DNA of 64,000 nucleotides from an uncultured delta proteobacterium. Its GTDB lineage: Bacteria > Desulfobacterota > Binatia > DP-6. Positions within the stretch are counted from its first letter, which is position 1; each line of letters begins with the position of its first letter. The position numbers and the translations under genes are program-made. The notes under the pieces are model-generated. The model made no database searches, was not told the DNA's origin, and worked only from the letters and a program-made list of their open reading frames with translations. Below are positions 1-14,020 of the stretch, one piece after another. The stretch lies in contig CAVQLX010000018.1 of assembly GCA_963713495.1 (NCBI GenBank), forward strand, positions 58,563 to 122,562, given 5' to 3'.

Positions 1-336
1 CAGGTCGCAAACGCCTGCCGCCGGGCGGCACACGTTGCCGGCCGGCTTGAAGGCGTCGGCGGGACAGGTCGCGCTGCCGTTGCAGGTCTCCTGGAGGTCG
101 CACAACCCGGTCGCGGCACGACAGATGGTGGAGGCGGGCTCGATCTGGCACGTCGGCGAGCAGCAGTCATTTGCGACTGTGTTGCCGTCGTCGCAGGTCT
201 CGCCCGCGTCGATGACGCCGTCGCCGCAGATCGCCATCGCGCGCGCCGCGGAGCCCAGCACGAGCAGCGATGCGAGTACGGCAACCACGAGCCGCGGCGG
301 ACGCAACGATCCCCTCGGCGATTCATCACGCGTCAT
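1..336 (-). CDS. secreted cysteine-rich repeat protein, N-terminal part (gene continues beyond window start)
   Basis: Not in the ORF track because there is no stop in the window. ATG at 336 follows a GGGAGGGGG RBS. It reads MTRDESPRGSLRPPRLVVAVLASLLVLGSAARAMA (signal peptide), then CGDGVIDAGETCDDGN..CCSPTCQ and CRAATGLCDLQETCNGSATCPAD...CRPAAGVCD. This Cys spacing resembles myxobacterial Cys-rich repeats or disintegrin-like modules. Confidence 0.6.
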   Translation of the reverse strand, partial: MTRDESPRGSLRPPRLVVAVLASLLVLGSAARAMAICGDGVIDAGETCDDGNTVANDCCSPTCQIEPASTICRAATGLCDLQETCNGSATCPADAFKPAGNVCRPAAGVCDL

Positions 337-460
337 GGACTCCCCCTCCCGGTTGTGAACGACGTAGCCGGCTAGCACAGGAGCCAGGAGGGCTGTCAAG
401 GAAATTCGCGTATCCGAACGCGAGATACCCGCGTGCCTTGCGACGTGCGTGCGCGAACGC

Positions 461-1330
461 CTACGGCTCGCGGCGCCGGCTGCCGTAGTCGCCGAACGGA
501 TCGTCGCGCTCGCGCACCGCCTGGCGGAAGCCCACGTCGCGCGAGCGCTGCACGAAGTCGAGGCCTTCCTGGGTGTGGCGGGCGATGCCGTCGAACAGCG
601 TGCCGAGCAGGCGGGTCTGCGCCAGGCCGAGATGCTCGGCGGTCTGGTTGCAGAGGAGCTTCAACAGGATCAGCTGGTTCACCGGCACGCGCGCCATGCG
701 CCGCGCGAGCGCGAGCGCATGCTCCGGCAGCGCGTCGTCGGCGACGACCTCGAGGATCATCCCGATCTCCGCCGCCGTGCGGGCGGGGATCTCGTCGCCG
801 GTCAGGAGATAGCGTTTCGCGCGCTCGAGCCCCATGCGATAGACCCACATGGCGGTGGTGGGCGTGCCCCAGACCCGCGACGGCGGGTAGCCGAAGCGCG
901 CGCCCTCGCCGGCGACGATCATGTCGGCGCACAGCACCATGTCGGTCCCGCCGCCTATGCACCATCCCTGGACCGCCGCGATGGTCGGCTTCTGCGCGTA
1001 CCAGAGCTTCATGTAGACGTCGACGAAGCGTTTCATGAAGCGCCAATCCGCGACCGAATCCCAGGCGCGGCGCGCGTCGCCTTCGCGACCCGGCACGGGG
1101 CCGCGCTCCCCGGCCTGGGCCGCGGTCGACCAGTCGAGCCCGTAGCCGGCGCAGAACGCGGGGCCTTCGGCGCGCAGGAGAATCACCCGGGCCGCCGGGT
1201 CGGCGTCGGCCGCATCTATGGCGGCTGCCAGCTCGTCGCGCAGGGTCGGGGTGATGGTGTTGTACTCGCGGGCGCGGGTGAGCACGATCGAGCAGACCCC
1301 GTCGGCGGTCTCGGTCCGGAGCGTCTCCAT
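461..1330 (-). CDS. enoyl-CoA hydratase/isomerase (crotonase) family protein
   Basis: 289-aa ORF. It contains VCSIVLTRAREYNTIT...ARVILLRAEGPAFCAGYGLD and CIGGGTDMVLCADMIVA, typical crotonase-fold oxyanion-hole segments. Length is full for the family. Confidence 0.85.
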   Translation of the reverse strand: METLRTETADGVCSIVLTRAREYNTITPTLRDELAAAIDAADADPAARVILLRAEGPAFCAGYGLDWSTAAQAGERGPVPGREGDARRAWDSVADWRFMKRFVDVYMKLWYAQKPTIAAVQGWCIGGGTDMVLCADMIVAGEGARFGYPPSRVWGTPTTAMWVYRMGLERAKRYLLTGDEIPARTAAEIGMILEVVADDALPEHALALARRMARVPVNQLILLKLLCNQTAEHLGLAQTRLLGTLFDGIARHTQEGLDFVQRSRDVGFRQAVRERDDPFGDYGSRRREP

Positions 1331-1401
1331 GCCGGCACGCTTGCCCGGGCGGGCGGGGGGCGGTCAACTCGGATTTCGGGTACGGTACCCTGTCGCACCC
1401 T

Positions 1402-3678
1402 ATGCGCTCCGCCCTCCCGCTGACCGTCCGGGCCCTCGTCCTGATCCTGCTGGCTGGCGCGCAGCCGCTCGGGGCGACGTCGCTCGAGGACGGCCGCACG
1501 ATGGACGGCGCGGCAGAGCTCCAGAGCGGGAAGGCCGCGCTGGATCAGACCGACCAGAAGCTCGACAGTCGCCTGCGCGTGGTGCGCGGCCTCCGCGAGG
1601 GCAGCGCGCTCCGCAACGGCCCCAGGCGATCACCGGGCTGGCGGCGCGACGGCCGCGTCAGGGTCCAGGTGCGCGTCGGCAACCTCGTCGCCGCGACCCG
1701 CGAGGCCCTCGAGGCCGCCGGGCTCTCGATCGAGCGCGAGAACGCCGAGAGCGGGCTCGTCGAGGGCTGGGTTCCGGCCGGCGGGGTGCGCGCCGTGGCC
1801 GCGGTCGACGGGGTACGGTCGATCCGACCCGCCGAGCGCGGTGAGACGCGGGTGACCAGCGCGGGCGACGTCTCCTCGCTCGCGAGCCAGGTGCGCAGCC
1901 AGCTCGGGTTCACCGGAGCGGGCGTGCGCGTCGGCGTGATCTCCGACGGCGTCGACAGTCGCGCTGCCTCGATCCAGAGGGGCGAGCTGCCGGCGACCGT
2001 TCTCGTGCCCACCGGGTTCGCCGGCACCGGAGACGAAGGCACCGCCATGCTCGAGATCGTCCACGACCTCGCCCCGGGCGCCGACCTGCTGTTCGCGAGC
2101 GGCATCGACAGCCCGCTGCGCTTCGTCGACGCGCTCCACGAGCTCGTCGCCGCGGGGGCGAAGGTGATCGTCGACGACCTCGGCTTCTTCAGCGAGCCGT
2201 ACTTCCAGGACGGGGTGGTGGCGCAGGCCGTCCGGGAGGCGGTCGCCGGCGGTGTGTCGTACTACACCGCCGCCGGCAACGCTGCGCTCGAGCACTACCA
2301 GGGGATGTTCCGCGAGACCCCGCAGTCGAAGTATCACGACTTCAACCAGGGCGGCTCGGTCGACAACACGAACCGCGTGTCGATTCCGCCCGGCGGCTCC
2401 CTGCAGTGCGTGCTGCAATGGGACGATCCGTTCGGCTCGGCGTCCGACGACTACGATCTCCTCCTGCTCGACGAGAACCGCGCGGTGGTCGCCGCCAGCA
2501 ACAACGTGCAGAACGGGCGTGGCGATCCGCTGGAGTTCGTGGACGCGCACAACGACGGGCCGGCCACCGAGGTCGCCTCGCTCGTCATCCAGCGCGATCG
2601 TGGCGATGCGCGCACGCTCGAGCTGTTCTGCCTGCGTGACGTGCAGAGCATGGAGCACGTGACCCCGGAGTCGAGCATCTTCGGACACGCCGGGATCCCG
2701 GAGGCGGTCACGGTCACCGCCATCGGTGTGCCGAGCCTGGTGTCGATCGAGCCGTTCAGCTCGCAGGGTCCCGCGCAGATCGCGTTCCCGCCGGCGTCGC
2801 GTCCGAAGCCCGACCTGGCGGCGTTCGACGGGGTGAACACGAGTGTCCAGGGCTTCATGCCGTTCTTCGGGACCTCGGCGGCGGCGCCGCACGTGGCCGC
2901 GATCGCGGCGCTGATGTTGCAGAAGAACACGCAGCTGACCCCGGCGAACATCCAGGCGACGCTGCGGGACACCGCCGTCGACATCGGGGCGTCCGGCTTC
3001 GATGACATCGCGGGGGCCGGCCGGGTGAACGCGCTCGCGGCGGTCGAGGCGGTCTGCGCGACCGACGCCGACTGTGCGGACGCCGATCCGTGCACGACCG
3101 ACCGCTGCGATCGCGGCCGCTGCGCGCATGCGCAGTGCGACGACGGGAACCCGTGCAACGGCGTCGAGACGTGCATGCCCGAGGCGGGTGGCTGCATCGC
3201 GGGCGCGCCGCCACCGGACGGCACGTCGTGCGCGGACGACACGCTCTGCAACGGCGACGAGACGTGTGTCGGCGGCGCGTGCACGCCCGGCGCCCCGCCG
3301 GCCTGCGACGACGGCGACGCGTGCACCACGAACGCGTGCGTGCCCGAGACCGGGTGCGTGTACACTCCGCTGGAGGGTGTGGACTCGATCTGCTGCGTGC
3401 TCGAGGGCAGCTTCACGGCGTGTCCCGGCGTGCGCCTGCCCCGCGCGGTCGCGCGCCGCTTCGCGAAGGCGCGACGGCTGGTCCACTGCGGCGAGCCGCC
3501 GCGCCCGGCGAAGAAGCAGCGGGCGCAGCTGCGCAAGGCCGAGCGCGTGCTGAAGCACGCGAAGGTGGCCGTCGACCGGGCCAGCGCCGCGCTGCCTGCC
3601 GACTGCGCCAACTCGCTCGCGGACCAGCTCGGCGCGGCGAGCGACCGCGCACACGCCGTGGTGCAGTCGCTGCCGTGA
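1402..3678 (+). CDS. secreted S8 (subtilisin-like) serine peptidase with C-terminal Cys-rich domain
   Basis: Signal peptide [14 protein letters not shown]. Catalytic-triad contexts are GVISDGVD (Asp), [15 protein letters not shown] (His) and [18 protein letters not shown] (Ser). The C-terminal ~110 aa hold [50 protein letters not shown] repeats. Confidence 0.85.
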   Translation: MRSALPLTVRALVLILLAGAQPLGATSLEDGRTMDGAAELQSGKAALDQTDQKLDSRLRVVRGLREGSALRNGPRRSPGWRRDGRVRVQVRVGNLVAATREALEAAGLSIERENAESGLVEGWVPAGGVRAVAAVDGVRSIRPAERGETRVTSAGDVSSLASQVRSQLGFTGAGVRVGVISDGVDSRAASIQRGELPATVLVPTGFAGTGDEGTAMLEIVHDLAPGADLLFASGIDSPLRFVDALHELVAAGAKVIVDDLGFFSEPYFQDGVVAQAVREAVAGGVSYYTAAGNAALEHYQGMFRETPQSKYHDFNQGGSVDNTNRVSIPPGGSLQCVLQWDDPFGSASDDYDLLLLDENRAVVAASNNVQNGRGDPLEFVDAHNDGPATEVASLVIQRDRGDARTLELFCLRDVQSMEHVTPESSIFGHAGIPEAVTVTAIGVPSLVSIEPFSSQGPAQIAFPPASRPKPDLAAFDGVNTSVQGFMPFFGTSAAAPHVAAIAALMLQKNTQLTPANIQATLRDTAVDIGASGFDDIAGAGRVNALAAVEAVCATDADCADADPCTTDRCDRGRCAHAQCDDGNPCNGVETCMPEAGGCIAGAPPPDGTSCADDTLCNGDETCVGGACTPGAPPACDDGDACTTNACVPETGCVYTPLEGVDSICCVLEGSFTACPGVRLPRAVARRFAKARRLVHCGEPPRPAKKQRAQLRKAERVLKHAKVAVDRASAALPADCANSLADQLGAASDRAHAVVQSLP

Positions 3679-5051
3679 GCGGGTCGCGTCGCGGCTCGCG
3701 CCGCACCCCGCTCGAGCAGGCGGTGGCGGGCGCGCTCGAGACGGCGTGCGGCGGCGCCGGGGACGAGCACCTGCTGGTCGCCACGTCGGGCGGCCCCGAC
3801 TCGGCGGCGCTCCTGCTCGCTCTCGCGGAGCTCGCCGCCGAGCGCGGCTGGCGCGTGACGGCCGCACACGTCGATCACGGGCTGCGCGGCGCCGAGGCGG
3901 CGGTCGATCGCGACGCGGCCGCGGCGCTGGCGACCCGTGCCGGCGTCCCCTTCGTCGAGCGCCGTCTGGCGCTGGCGCCCGGCGCGGGGCTCGAGGCGCG
4001 GGCGCGACGCGCACGCCACCGGGCGCTGGTCACGATGGCGCGCGAGGTCGGCGCGTCGCGCATCGTGCTCGCGCACACCGCCGACGACCAGGCGGAGACG
4101 CTGCTGCTCCGGCTGCTGCGCGGCACGGGACGCGGCGGGCTGGCAGGGATGCGCAGCACACGCGGCCGCCTGCTCCGCCCGTTGCTCGGTGCGACCCGTG
4201 CCGACGTGCGCCACTTTCTCGCCGCGCGCGACGTCGCCGCCACGATCGATCGCAGCAACGCGGACCTGCGCCATGCCCGCAACCGCGTGCGACGCCTCGT
4301 CCTCCCGCTGCTCGCGGCCGAGTTCAATCCCGCGATCGTCCGGGCGCTCGCCGGCCTCGCGTCGCGGCTGCGCGACGAGGACGCGCTCCTCGATGCCCTG
4401 ACGGCGGAGCGCGCGACGGCGCTCCTCGACGGCGATGCGCTGCGGGTCGCGGTCGCGGCCGAGCCGCCGGCCCTCGGCCGGCGCGTGGTACGGCGCTGGC
4501 TCGAGCAGGGGACGGCGCGCGGCGTGACCGCGGAGCAGGTCGAGCGCGTGCTGGCCCTGGCGCGCGGGACGCGGCGTGGCGTCGTGGCGCTGCCGGGCCC
4601 GGCGCGCGCGCTGCGCGAGGGCGGGCACCTCGTACGCCGCCCGGGCCGGACGCCGGCGCCGCGGTCCTTCTGCGTCGCGGTCGAGCCGGGCGGCAGCGCA
4701 GCCGCCACCGGCTGGCGGCTGACGCTCTCGCCGCCCGGCCCACGCGCGGGCGAGGAGACGGCGGCGCCGCGGGGGGCCCAGACGCTGTTCGACGCCGAGG
4801 CGCTGCGCGGCGGCTTGCTCGTGCGGTCCCGCCGCCCCGGGGACCGCATCCATCTTCCCGGGGTCGGGACGCGGAAGCTCCAGGACGTCCTGGTCGACGC
4901 CAGGGTGCCGCGGGAAGCGCGCGATGCGCTCCCCCTGGTGGTGGTGGGAGGCGAGATCGTCTGGGTGCCCGGCGTGGCGCGAGCGACCGGGGCGGCGGTG
5001 GGCCCGCAGACCAGGCTCGTCGTGCGCGGGATCTTCGAGCGTGCGGGGTAG
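3675..5051 (+). CDS. tilS: tRNA(Ile)-lysidine synthetase
   Basis: GTG 3675 overlaps the peptidase stop (GTGA). PP-loop [15 protein letters not shown], plus HVDHGLRG and [20 protein letters not shown]. The 3090 start in the ORF track is an upstream read-through artefact. Confidence 0.85.
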   Translation: MSGSRRGSRRTPLEQAVAGALETACGGAGDEHLLVATSGGPDSAALLLALAELAAERGWRVTAAHVDHGLRGAEAAVDRDAAAALATRAGVPFVERRLALAPGAGLEARARRARHRALVTMAREVGASRIVLAHTADDQAETLLLRLLRGTGRGGLAGMRSTRGRLLRPLLGATRADVRHFLAARDVAATIDRSNADLRHARNRVRRLVLPLLAAEFNPAIVRALAGLASRLRDEDALLDALTAERATALLDGDALRVAVAAEPPALGRRVVRRWLEQGTARGVTAEQVERVLALARGTRRGVVALPGPARALREGGHLVRRPGRTPAPRSFCVAVEPGGSAAATGWRLTLSPPGPRAGEETAAPRGAQTLFDAEALRGGLLVRSRRPGDRIHLPGVGTRKLQDVLVDARVPREARDALPLVVVGGEIVWVPGVARATGAAVGPQTRLVVRGIFERAG

Positions 5052-5063
5052 GGGTCCCGTGCA

Positions 5064-5092
5064 TTGCCCATGGAAAATCCGCATGGTACGTT
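5064..5092 (+). promoter_or_regulatory. candidate sigma-70-type promoter for ftsH (TTGCCC-N17-TACGTT)
   Basis: Hexamers at 5064-5069 and 5087-5092 with a 17-nt spacer, in a locally AT-richer gap between tilS and ftsH. Pattern match only. Confidence 0.25.
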
Positions 5093-5110
5093 TCGTCACC
5101 ATCCATCGAG

Positions 5111-6949
<1,839 letters not shown>

Positions 6950-7798
6950 TCCGGCGGGGGACCGGCCGCCGGTCCTGACGACGCGCTCGGGACCGGTCGC
7001 GCTCGACCGCCCCGTACTGGTGGGCGTCCTGAACGCGACGCCCGACTCCTTCAGCGACGGCGGCCTGCACCTCGATCCGGCGCGCGCCGCCGCGACCGCG
7101 TGCGAGATGGTGGCCGCCGGCGCCGCCGTCCTCGACCTGGGCGGCGAGTCGACGCGACCCGGCGCGACGCCCGTGTCGGATGCAGCGGAGCGACGGCGGC
7201 TGCTGCCGGTGCTGGCCGCCGTCCGGCGCGTCGTCACCGTGCCGCTCGCGGTGGACACGACCAAGGCGGCCGTCGCCGCCGCGGCGCTGGACGCCGGCGC
7301 CGACATCGTGAACGACGTGTCGGCGGGCCGCTTCGATCGCCGGATGCTGCCGCTGTGTGCGGGCGCCGGCGTGCCGGTCGTCCTCATGCACATGCGCGGA
7401 CGGCCGGCGACCATGCAGCGCCGTCCGGCCTACCGCGACGTCGTCGCCGAGGTGCGTGCGTTCCTCGTACGACGGGTGGCCGCGGCGCGCCTGGCCGGCA
7501 TCGCGCGCGACGCCATCGTGGTCGATCCGGGAATCGGATTCGGCAAGACGGTGGCGCACAACGTGGCGCTGCTGGCCCACCTCGACCTGCTCGCCGCGCT
7601 CGGCTATCCGGTGCTGGTGGGCGTGTCGCGCAAGGGATTCGTCGGCGCGCTGCTCGGCGGCGCGGGCATCGAGCGGCGAACCTACGGGACGGCCGCCGCG
7701 GTGGCGCTGGCCGTGGCACGCGGCGCCCGCCTCCTGCGCGTGCACGACGTCGCCGCGATGCGCGACGTGCTGGCGGTGGCGACGGCGGTGGCGCGCGC

Positions 7799-8551
7799 AT
7801 GAGGGATCTCGTCCTCGGCTTCCGCTGGCAGGACGGCGTCGACATCCTGCTCCTCGCCATCGGTATCTACTCCGGCATCAACCTGATCCGCGGCACACGG
7901 GCCGTGCCGATGCTGATCGGCCTCTCCATGGTGTACGGCCTCTACTTCCTGTCGGCGCAGTTCGAGATCTACACGGTCAACGTCCTGCTGAACTACGTGC
8001 TCAGCTGGTCGCTCGTGCTGTTCTTCATCGTCTTCCAGAACGACATCCGGCGCATGCTGACGCAGGTGGGAACCGGGCCGCTCTACTCGCCCCGCGACCG
8101 GGTGGCGCAGAACCAGGCGGTGGAAGAGATGGTGAAGGCGGTGACGCACCTCGCGAGCCGGGGCGTCGGCGCGCTGATCGTGCTGCAGCACGAGGTCGGG
8201 CTGAACGAGTACATCGACGTCGGTACGCGACTCGACGCCCGCGTGTCGCGCGAGCTGGTCACCAGCATCTTCCTGCCCGACTCCCCGATCCACGACGGGG
8301 CGCTCATCATCCAGAACGGCCGCATCACGGCGGCGGGATGCTTCCTGCCGCTCACCGCCAATCCGAACGTCTCGAAGACGCTCGGCACGCGGCATCGGGC
8401 GGCGATCGGCCTCACCGAGGAGACCGACGCGGTCGTGATCGCGGTGTCGGAAGAGGACGGCACCATCTCGCTCGCGCGCGAGGGCAAGATCACGCGCGAC
8501 ATCGACGGGGCGACGCTGCGCACCACGCTGCAGCGGCTGCTGGTGGAATGA
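7799..8551 (+). CDS. cdaA: membrane-anchored diadenylate cyclase (c-di-AMP synthase)
   Basis: ATGA overlap with folP. N-terminal TM segments (ILLLAIGIYSGINLI, LIGLSMVYGLYFL, LSWSLVLFFIVF) precede a DAC domain with HDGALII, GTRHRAAIGLTE and AVSEEDGTIS. Confidence 0.9.
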   Translation: MRDLVLGFRWQDGVDILLLAIGIYSGINLIRGTRAVPMLIGLSMVYGLYFLSAQFEIYTVNVLLNYVLSWSLVLFFIVFQNDIRRMLTQVGTGPLYSPRDRVAQNQAVEEMVKAVTHLASRGVGALIVLQHEVGLNEYIDVGTRLDARVSRELVTSIFLPDSPIHDGALIIQNGRITAAGCFLPLTANPNVSKTLGTRHRAAIGLTEETDAVVIAVSEEDGTISLAREGKITRDIDGATLRTTLQRLLVE

Positions 8552-9590
8552 GGCTCCCGAGCGTCCGCCTGCGCCGGTCCACGCCGCCGGCCGCCCCGTC
8601 CGATGGCGAGGGCCGCCCGCTGCGCACCTCGTGGCGCGCGGGAATTCCCTTCCGTCGCCGGCTGGGCGAGATCATCCGCCACAACTGGGGCCTCAAGCTC
8701 GTCTCGGTGTTCCTCGCGTGCTTCCTCTGGTACTCGATCAACGAGCTCGAGCGCGACGCCGAGCGCGTGGTCGATATCCCGGTGGCGATCCGCAAGGTGC
8801 CGAGCGGGCTGATCGTCACCGAGCTGTCGCCCGCCAAGGGGGTGACCGTCACGCTTCGCGGTCCGCGCACGATCCTGGACAGCGTCGACGGCGAGAAGAC
8901 GCGGCTCGTGGTCGACCTCTCGAACGCGACCGAGGGGAAGGTGAGCATCGACCCGAACCAGGGGGCGATGAATCCCGAGCTGCCGCGGCGCCTGAAGGCG
9001 GTCCGCATGTCGCCGATCCGCCTGGATGCGAAGCTCGAGCGCCTCGCGAAGCGGCGCCTCCCCGTGAAGGCGAGCCTGGCAGGCGATCCGACCCTGGGGT
9101 ATACGGCCGACTACACGGCGACTCCCGACCACGTCGAGGTGACGGGACCTGCCAGCACGGTCGATGCCTTGAAGGAGATCAACACGCGCCGCATCGACAT
9201 CGAGGGCGTCTCCACGCCCCTCGAGCGCACCGTCATTCTCGAGCCCGGCGGTGACTTCGTCACGCTGGTCCCGGATCGGGTGCGCGTGGCGGTGCGCTTC
9301 GACGAGCGCATGATGTCGCAGGAGTTCAAGCGCGTGCCGATCGCGCTGCGGAACGGCGACGGGGCGAAGGTCATCCCCGCCGAGGTGGGCGTGTCGGTGC
9401 GTGGGCCGGAGCTGGTCCTGCACGACTGGAAGCTGCCCGAGGGCGCGGTCTTCGTGGACGCGGGCGGCCTCGGCCCCGGACCGCACGACGTCCCGGTGCA
9501 GGTCGATCTTCCCGCACCGCTGGTCGTGACGGCCCGCAAGCCGGAGACGGTGCGCGTGGTGGTCCCGGCGCCGAAGGACCAGGGAGGGGC

Positions 9591-9594
<4 letters not shown>
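8548..9594 (+). CDS. cdaR: YbbR-domain protein (CdaA regulator-like)
   Basis: ATGA overlap with cdaA. One TM helix ([14 protein letters not shown]) followed by repeated YbbR-like beta modules ([34 protein letters not shown]). It sits between cdaA and glmM as in the known cdaA-cdaR-glmM operon. Confidence 0.75.
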
Positions 9595-10955
<1,361 letters not shown>

Positions 10956-10974
10956 CGGCGAGGTCCGCCGGCGG

Positions 10975-12526
10975 ATGATCGTCGTCAGCGCGGCGGAGAT
11001 GCGTGCGCTCGATCGCTGGACGATCGAGCGCGGCACGCCGGGCCCCGTCCTGATGGAGCGAGCGGGGGAGGGGGCGGCGCGGGTGCTGCGACGCCACTGG
11101 CCGCGCCTCGGTGGACCGGCCGTGATCTGCTGCGGCAAGGGCAACAACGGCGGCGATGGGTTCGTGGTGGCTCGACATCTCCGCCGGGCGCGCCTCGGCG
11201 CCGAGGTCTGGCTGGTCGGCCGCGCTGACGACGTGCGCGGCGACGCGGCCGAGATGCTCCGGCGATGGCGCGGCGCGGTCACGACGATCGAGACCAGCGG
11301 CCAGCTCGATGCGCTGCGCCGCCGGCTCGCCCGCGCCGGCGTGGTGGTCGACGCGCTCCTCGGTACCGGCTTGAACGCGCCCGTCGAGGGTGTGCTGGCG
11401 GCGAGTGATCGACGTCGATCAACGACGCCGGGACGACGCGTGCTCGCGATCGACATCCCGTCCGGCCTGTCGTCCGACACGGGGCTCCGCGATGGGCGCG
11501 GCCGTGCGCGCCGCGGTGACGGCGACGTTCGCCTACCCGAAGAGCGGCCAGGTGATCTACCCGGGCGTCGAGCTGTGCGGCGCCCTCGAGGTCGTCGACA
11601 TCGGCATTCCCGCCGAGGCGGTGACTGCGGTGGCGCCGCGGATGCGTCTCCTCGAGGCCGGCGAGGTCGGACAGATGCTGCCGCCGCGCCCGCGCGACTC
11701 GAACAAGGGCACCTTCGGACACGTTCTCGTGGTGGCGGGCTCGCGGGGCAAGACCGGCGCCGCGCTGCTCGCCGCGACGGCGGCCGCGCGCGCGGGCGCC
11801 GGGCTGACCACGCTGGCGGCCGCGGGATCGTTGCTGCCGGTGCTGGAAGGCCGCGCGCGCGAGATCATGTGCGAGCCTCTCCCCGACGGTGCGGACGGCA
11901 CGGCCGCGCTGGGTGACGGCGCGGTCGTCGAGCGCCTGCTGCAAGGTCGCGTCGCGGTGGTCTGCGGTCCCGGGCTCGGGCAGGCCGAGGGCACGCGGGC
12001 GCTGGTGGCGCACGTGGTGCGACACGCGAGCGCCCCGCTGGTCCTCGACGCCGACGGGCTCAACCTCGTCGCCGGGACGCCGATGCTGCGCGAGCGCCCG
12101 GGTCCCACCATCGTCACGCCGCATCCCGGCGAGATGGCGCGCCTCGTGGGAGGCACGACCCGCGACGTGCAGGCCGATCGCGTCGCGACCGCGCGGCGGT
12201 TCGCGACCGAGCACGGCGTCGTCACCGTCTTGAAGGGAGCCCGGACCGTGATCGCGACCCCGGACGGAGCGGTGGCGATCTCGCCGACGGGGAATCCGGG
12301 CATGGCGAGCGGCGGCATGGGCGACGTGCTCTCGGGCATCATCGGCGGCCTGCTGGCGCAGGGGCTCGAGGCCGCGACGGCCGCGGCGCTCGGCGTCTTC
12401 GCGCACGGCGCCGCCGCGGATGCGGTGGCCGAACGGCGCGGCGAGGTGGGCTTGCTCGCCGGCGATCTGATCGACGAGCTGCCGCCGACCATCGCGCGCC
12501 TCCAGGCGGAGGCCGCGGCGCGATGA
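10975..12526 (+). CDS. nnr: bifunctional NAD(P)H-hydrate repair enzyme Nnr (epimerase + ADP-dependent dehydratase), apparent +1 frameshift
   Basis: The N-domain (CCGKGNNGGDGFVVARHL..DALLGTGL..VLAIDIPSGLSSDTG) is in the frame of ORF 10975. The continuation (SAMGAAVRAAVTATFAYPKSG...KGTFGHVLVVAGS..GGMGDVLSG) is in the frame of ORF 11390. Removing one G from GGGG at 11481-11484 joins them as DTGSAMGAAV. Confidence 0.85.
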
Positions 12527-13005
12527 GCGACGCGGGCGAGCCGGTGCGCGAGGTCACGACCGCGAGCCCCGACGAGACCGAGGCGCTGGGCGCCCGGCTC
12601 GGTCGCGCGGCGCGCGGCGGCGAGCTGCTCGGCCTGGTCGGCGACCTCGGTGCCGGGAAGACGTGCCTGGTCCGCGGCCTGGCCGCCGGGCTCGGCGCCG
12701 ACCCGGACGTCGTGCACAGCCCCACCTTCGTCATCGCCACCGAGTACCGGGGCGGCCGGCTCGCGCTGCACCACGTCGACCTCTACCGCTGCGAGCCACC
12801 GCTGGTGGACACGCTCTTCCTGCGCGAGGCGCTCTACGGCGCCGGCGTCGCAGCCGTCGAGTGGTTCGAGCGTCTCCTGCCGACGGCGGGCGAGGAGTTC
12901 CTCCTCGTCACGCTGCGGACGGGCGCGGGCGACAGCCGGTCGATCCGCCTGGAGGGCCACGGCGCGCGACACGCGGCGTGGCTGCGCGCCGCCGTCGGTT
13001 CGTGA
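12523..13005 (+). CDS. tsaE: tRNA t6A37 biosynthesis ATPase TsaE
   Basis: ATGA overlap with nnr. P-loop LVGDLGAGKTCLVRGL, then VHSPTFVI and HHVDLYR. Confidence 0.9.
   Translation: MSDAGEPVREVTTASPDETEALGARLGRAARGGELLGLVGDLGAGKTCLVRGLAAGLGADPDVVHSPTFVIATEYRGGRLALHHVDLYRCEPPLVDTLFLREALYGAGVAAVEWFERLLPTAGEEFLLVTLRTGAGDSRSIRLEGHGARHAAWLRAAVGS
12831..12947 (+). repeat. direct repeat copy A (3' end of intact tsaE) matching 34761-34874
   Basis: It shares gccgtcgagtggttcgagcg (20/20) and gacagccggtcgatccg (17/17) with the distal copy, with diverged sequence in between. About 39/50 positions are identical over the first 50 nt by hand alignment. Confidence 0.75.
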
Positions 13006-13023
13006 AAGCCAATTGACGACTCC

Positions 13024-14016
13024 GTGCAGCGCAGCTTACCCTTGCCGCCGAGCGTGATGACCAGCTCCTGGAGAGCGCGTTTCACCTTCGACGACGTCCG
13101 CGGTCGAAGCGAAGCCCTGGCGCGGGCGATCTGGATCGGCAGGCGCGCGGCCGAGGGCGGCTACCCGACGCTGATCGTCGGCGAGTCGGGCACGGGCAAG
13201 GAGCTGCTGGCGCACGGCATCCACAACGCCAGTCCGCTGCGCGACGGACCCTTCGTCGCGATCAACTGCGGCACGCTCAACGGCGAGCTGGCGGTGGCGG
13301 AGCTCTGCGGCTACGAGCCGGGCTCGTTCACCGGCGCCGATCGCCGGACGCACGCCGGCATCCTCGACGTCGCGCGCGACGGGACGCTGCTCCTCGACGA
13401 GCTGCAGGACATGCCGGCGACGGCGCAGAGCGCGCTGCTCCGGTTTCTCGAGACCGGGACGTTCGTCCGCGTCGGCGGGACGCAGCTCGTGCAATCGAGC
13501 GTGCGGGTGATCGCCACGCTGAATCTCGCCGTCGAGGAGGTCGAGCGCCGCGGGCTGGTGCGCGCCGACCTGCTCTACCGCCTCAACTGCGTGACCATCG
13601 AGGTGCCGCCGCTCCGCGCGCGGCGCGAGGACATCTGCCCGATCGCGGAGAAGTGCCTGCGCGAGGAGCTGCACTTCCTCGGCGAGGTCGACGAGCCGTT
13701 CTGGGAAGCCATCGCGACCTGCCCGTACGGCTGGCCCGGAAACGCCCGCGGGGTGCGCAACGTCCTCCTGAAGGCCATCCTGACGTCGACCGCCCACCGG
13801 CTCACCGCGGCCGACCTGCCGGCGTTCCTGTGGGACGCGGTGGCCCCAGGTCGGGAGGCGCCGGTCCGGCCGGAAGGGCGGACCCGGAACCACGACGAGG
13901 TGATCGCGCTGCGCGCAGTGCTGCGGGCGAACCGCGACAACGTCTCGGAGGCTGCGCGCAGCCTCGGGATTCACCGCTCGACGGTGTACCGCCGCCTGGC
14001 CCGCTCCGGCAGCTGA
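13024..14016 (+). CDS. sigma-54-dependent transcriptional activator, AAA+ and Fis-type HTH only (no receiver or sensor domain)
   Basis: Walker A GESGTGKE, sigma-54 contact loop GSFTGA, Walker B LLLDEL, and C-terminal HTH SEAARSLGIHRSTVYRRL. Alternative starts are GTG 13054 and ATG 13057. Confidence 0.9.
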   Translation: MQRSLPLPPSVMTSSWRARFTFDDVRGRSEALARAIWIGRRAAEGGYPTLIVGESGTGKELLAHGIHNASPLRDGPFVAINCGTLNGELAVAELCGYEPGSFTGADRRTHAGILDVARDGTLLLDELQDMPATAQSALLRFLETGTFVRVGGTQLVQSSVRVIATLNLAVEEVERRGLVRADLLYRLNCVTIEVPPLRARREDICPIAEKCLREELHFLGEVDEPFWEAIATCPYGWPGNARGVRNVLLKAILTSTAHRLTAADLPAFLWDAVAPGREAPVRPEGRTRNHDEVIALRAVLRANRDNVSEAARSLGIHRSTVYRRLARSGS

Positions 14017-14020
14017 CGGG

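Noticed and set aside
1630-5102. 794-aa and 883-aa minus-strand ORFs (1630-4014, 2451-5102)
   Set aside because: Antisense to the S8 peptidase and tilS. Composition is dominated by R/A/G/P and no domains are recognisable.
3746-5110. N-terminal 455 codons of the 1067-aa ORF that contains ftsH; likewise the upstream parts of ORFs 7100, 7357, 35445, 38573 and 38977
   Set aside because: The track extends each ORF to the first ATG/GTG/TTG after a stop. The upstream parts overlap other well-supported genes out of frame and are Arg/Pro junk. The true starts are at the 4-bp overlap junctions.
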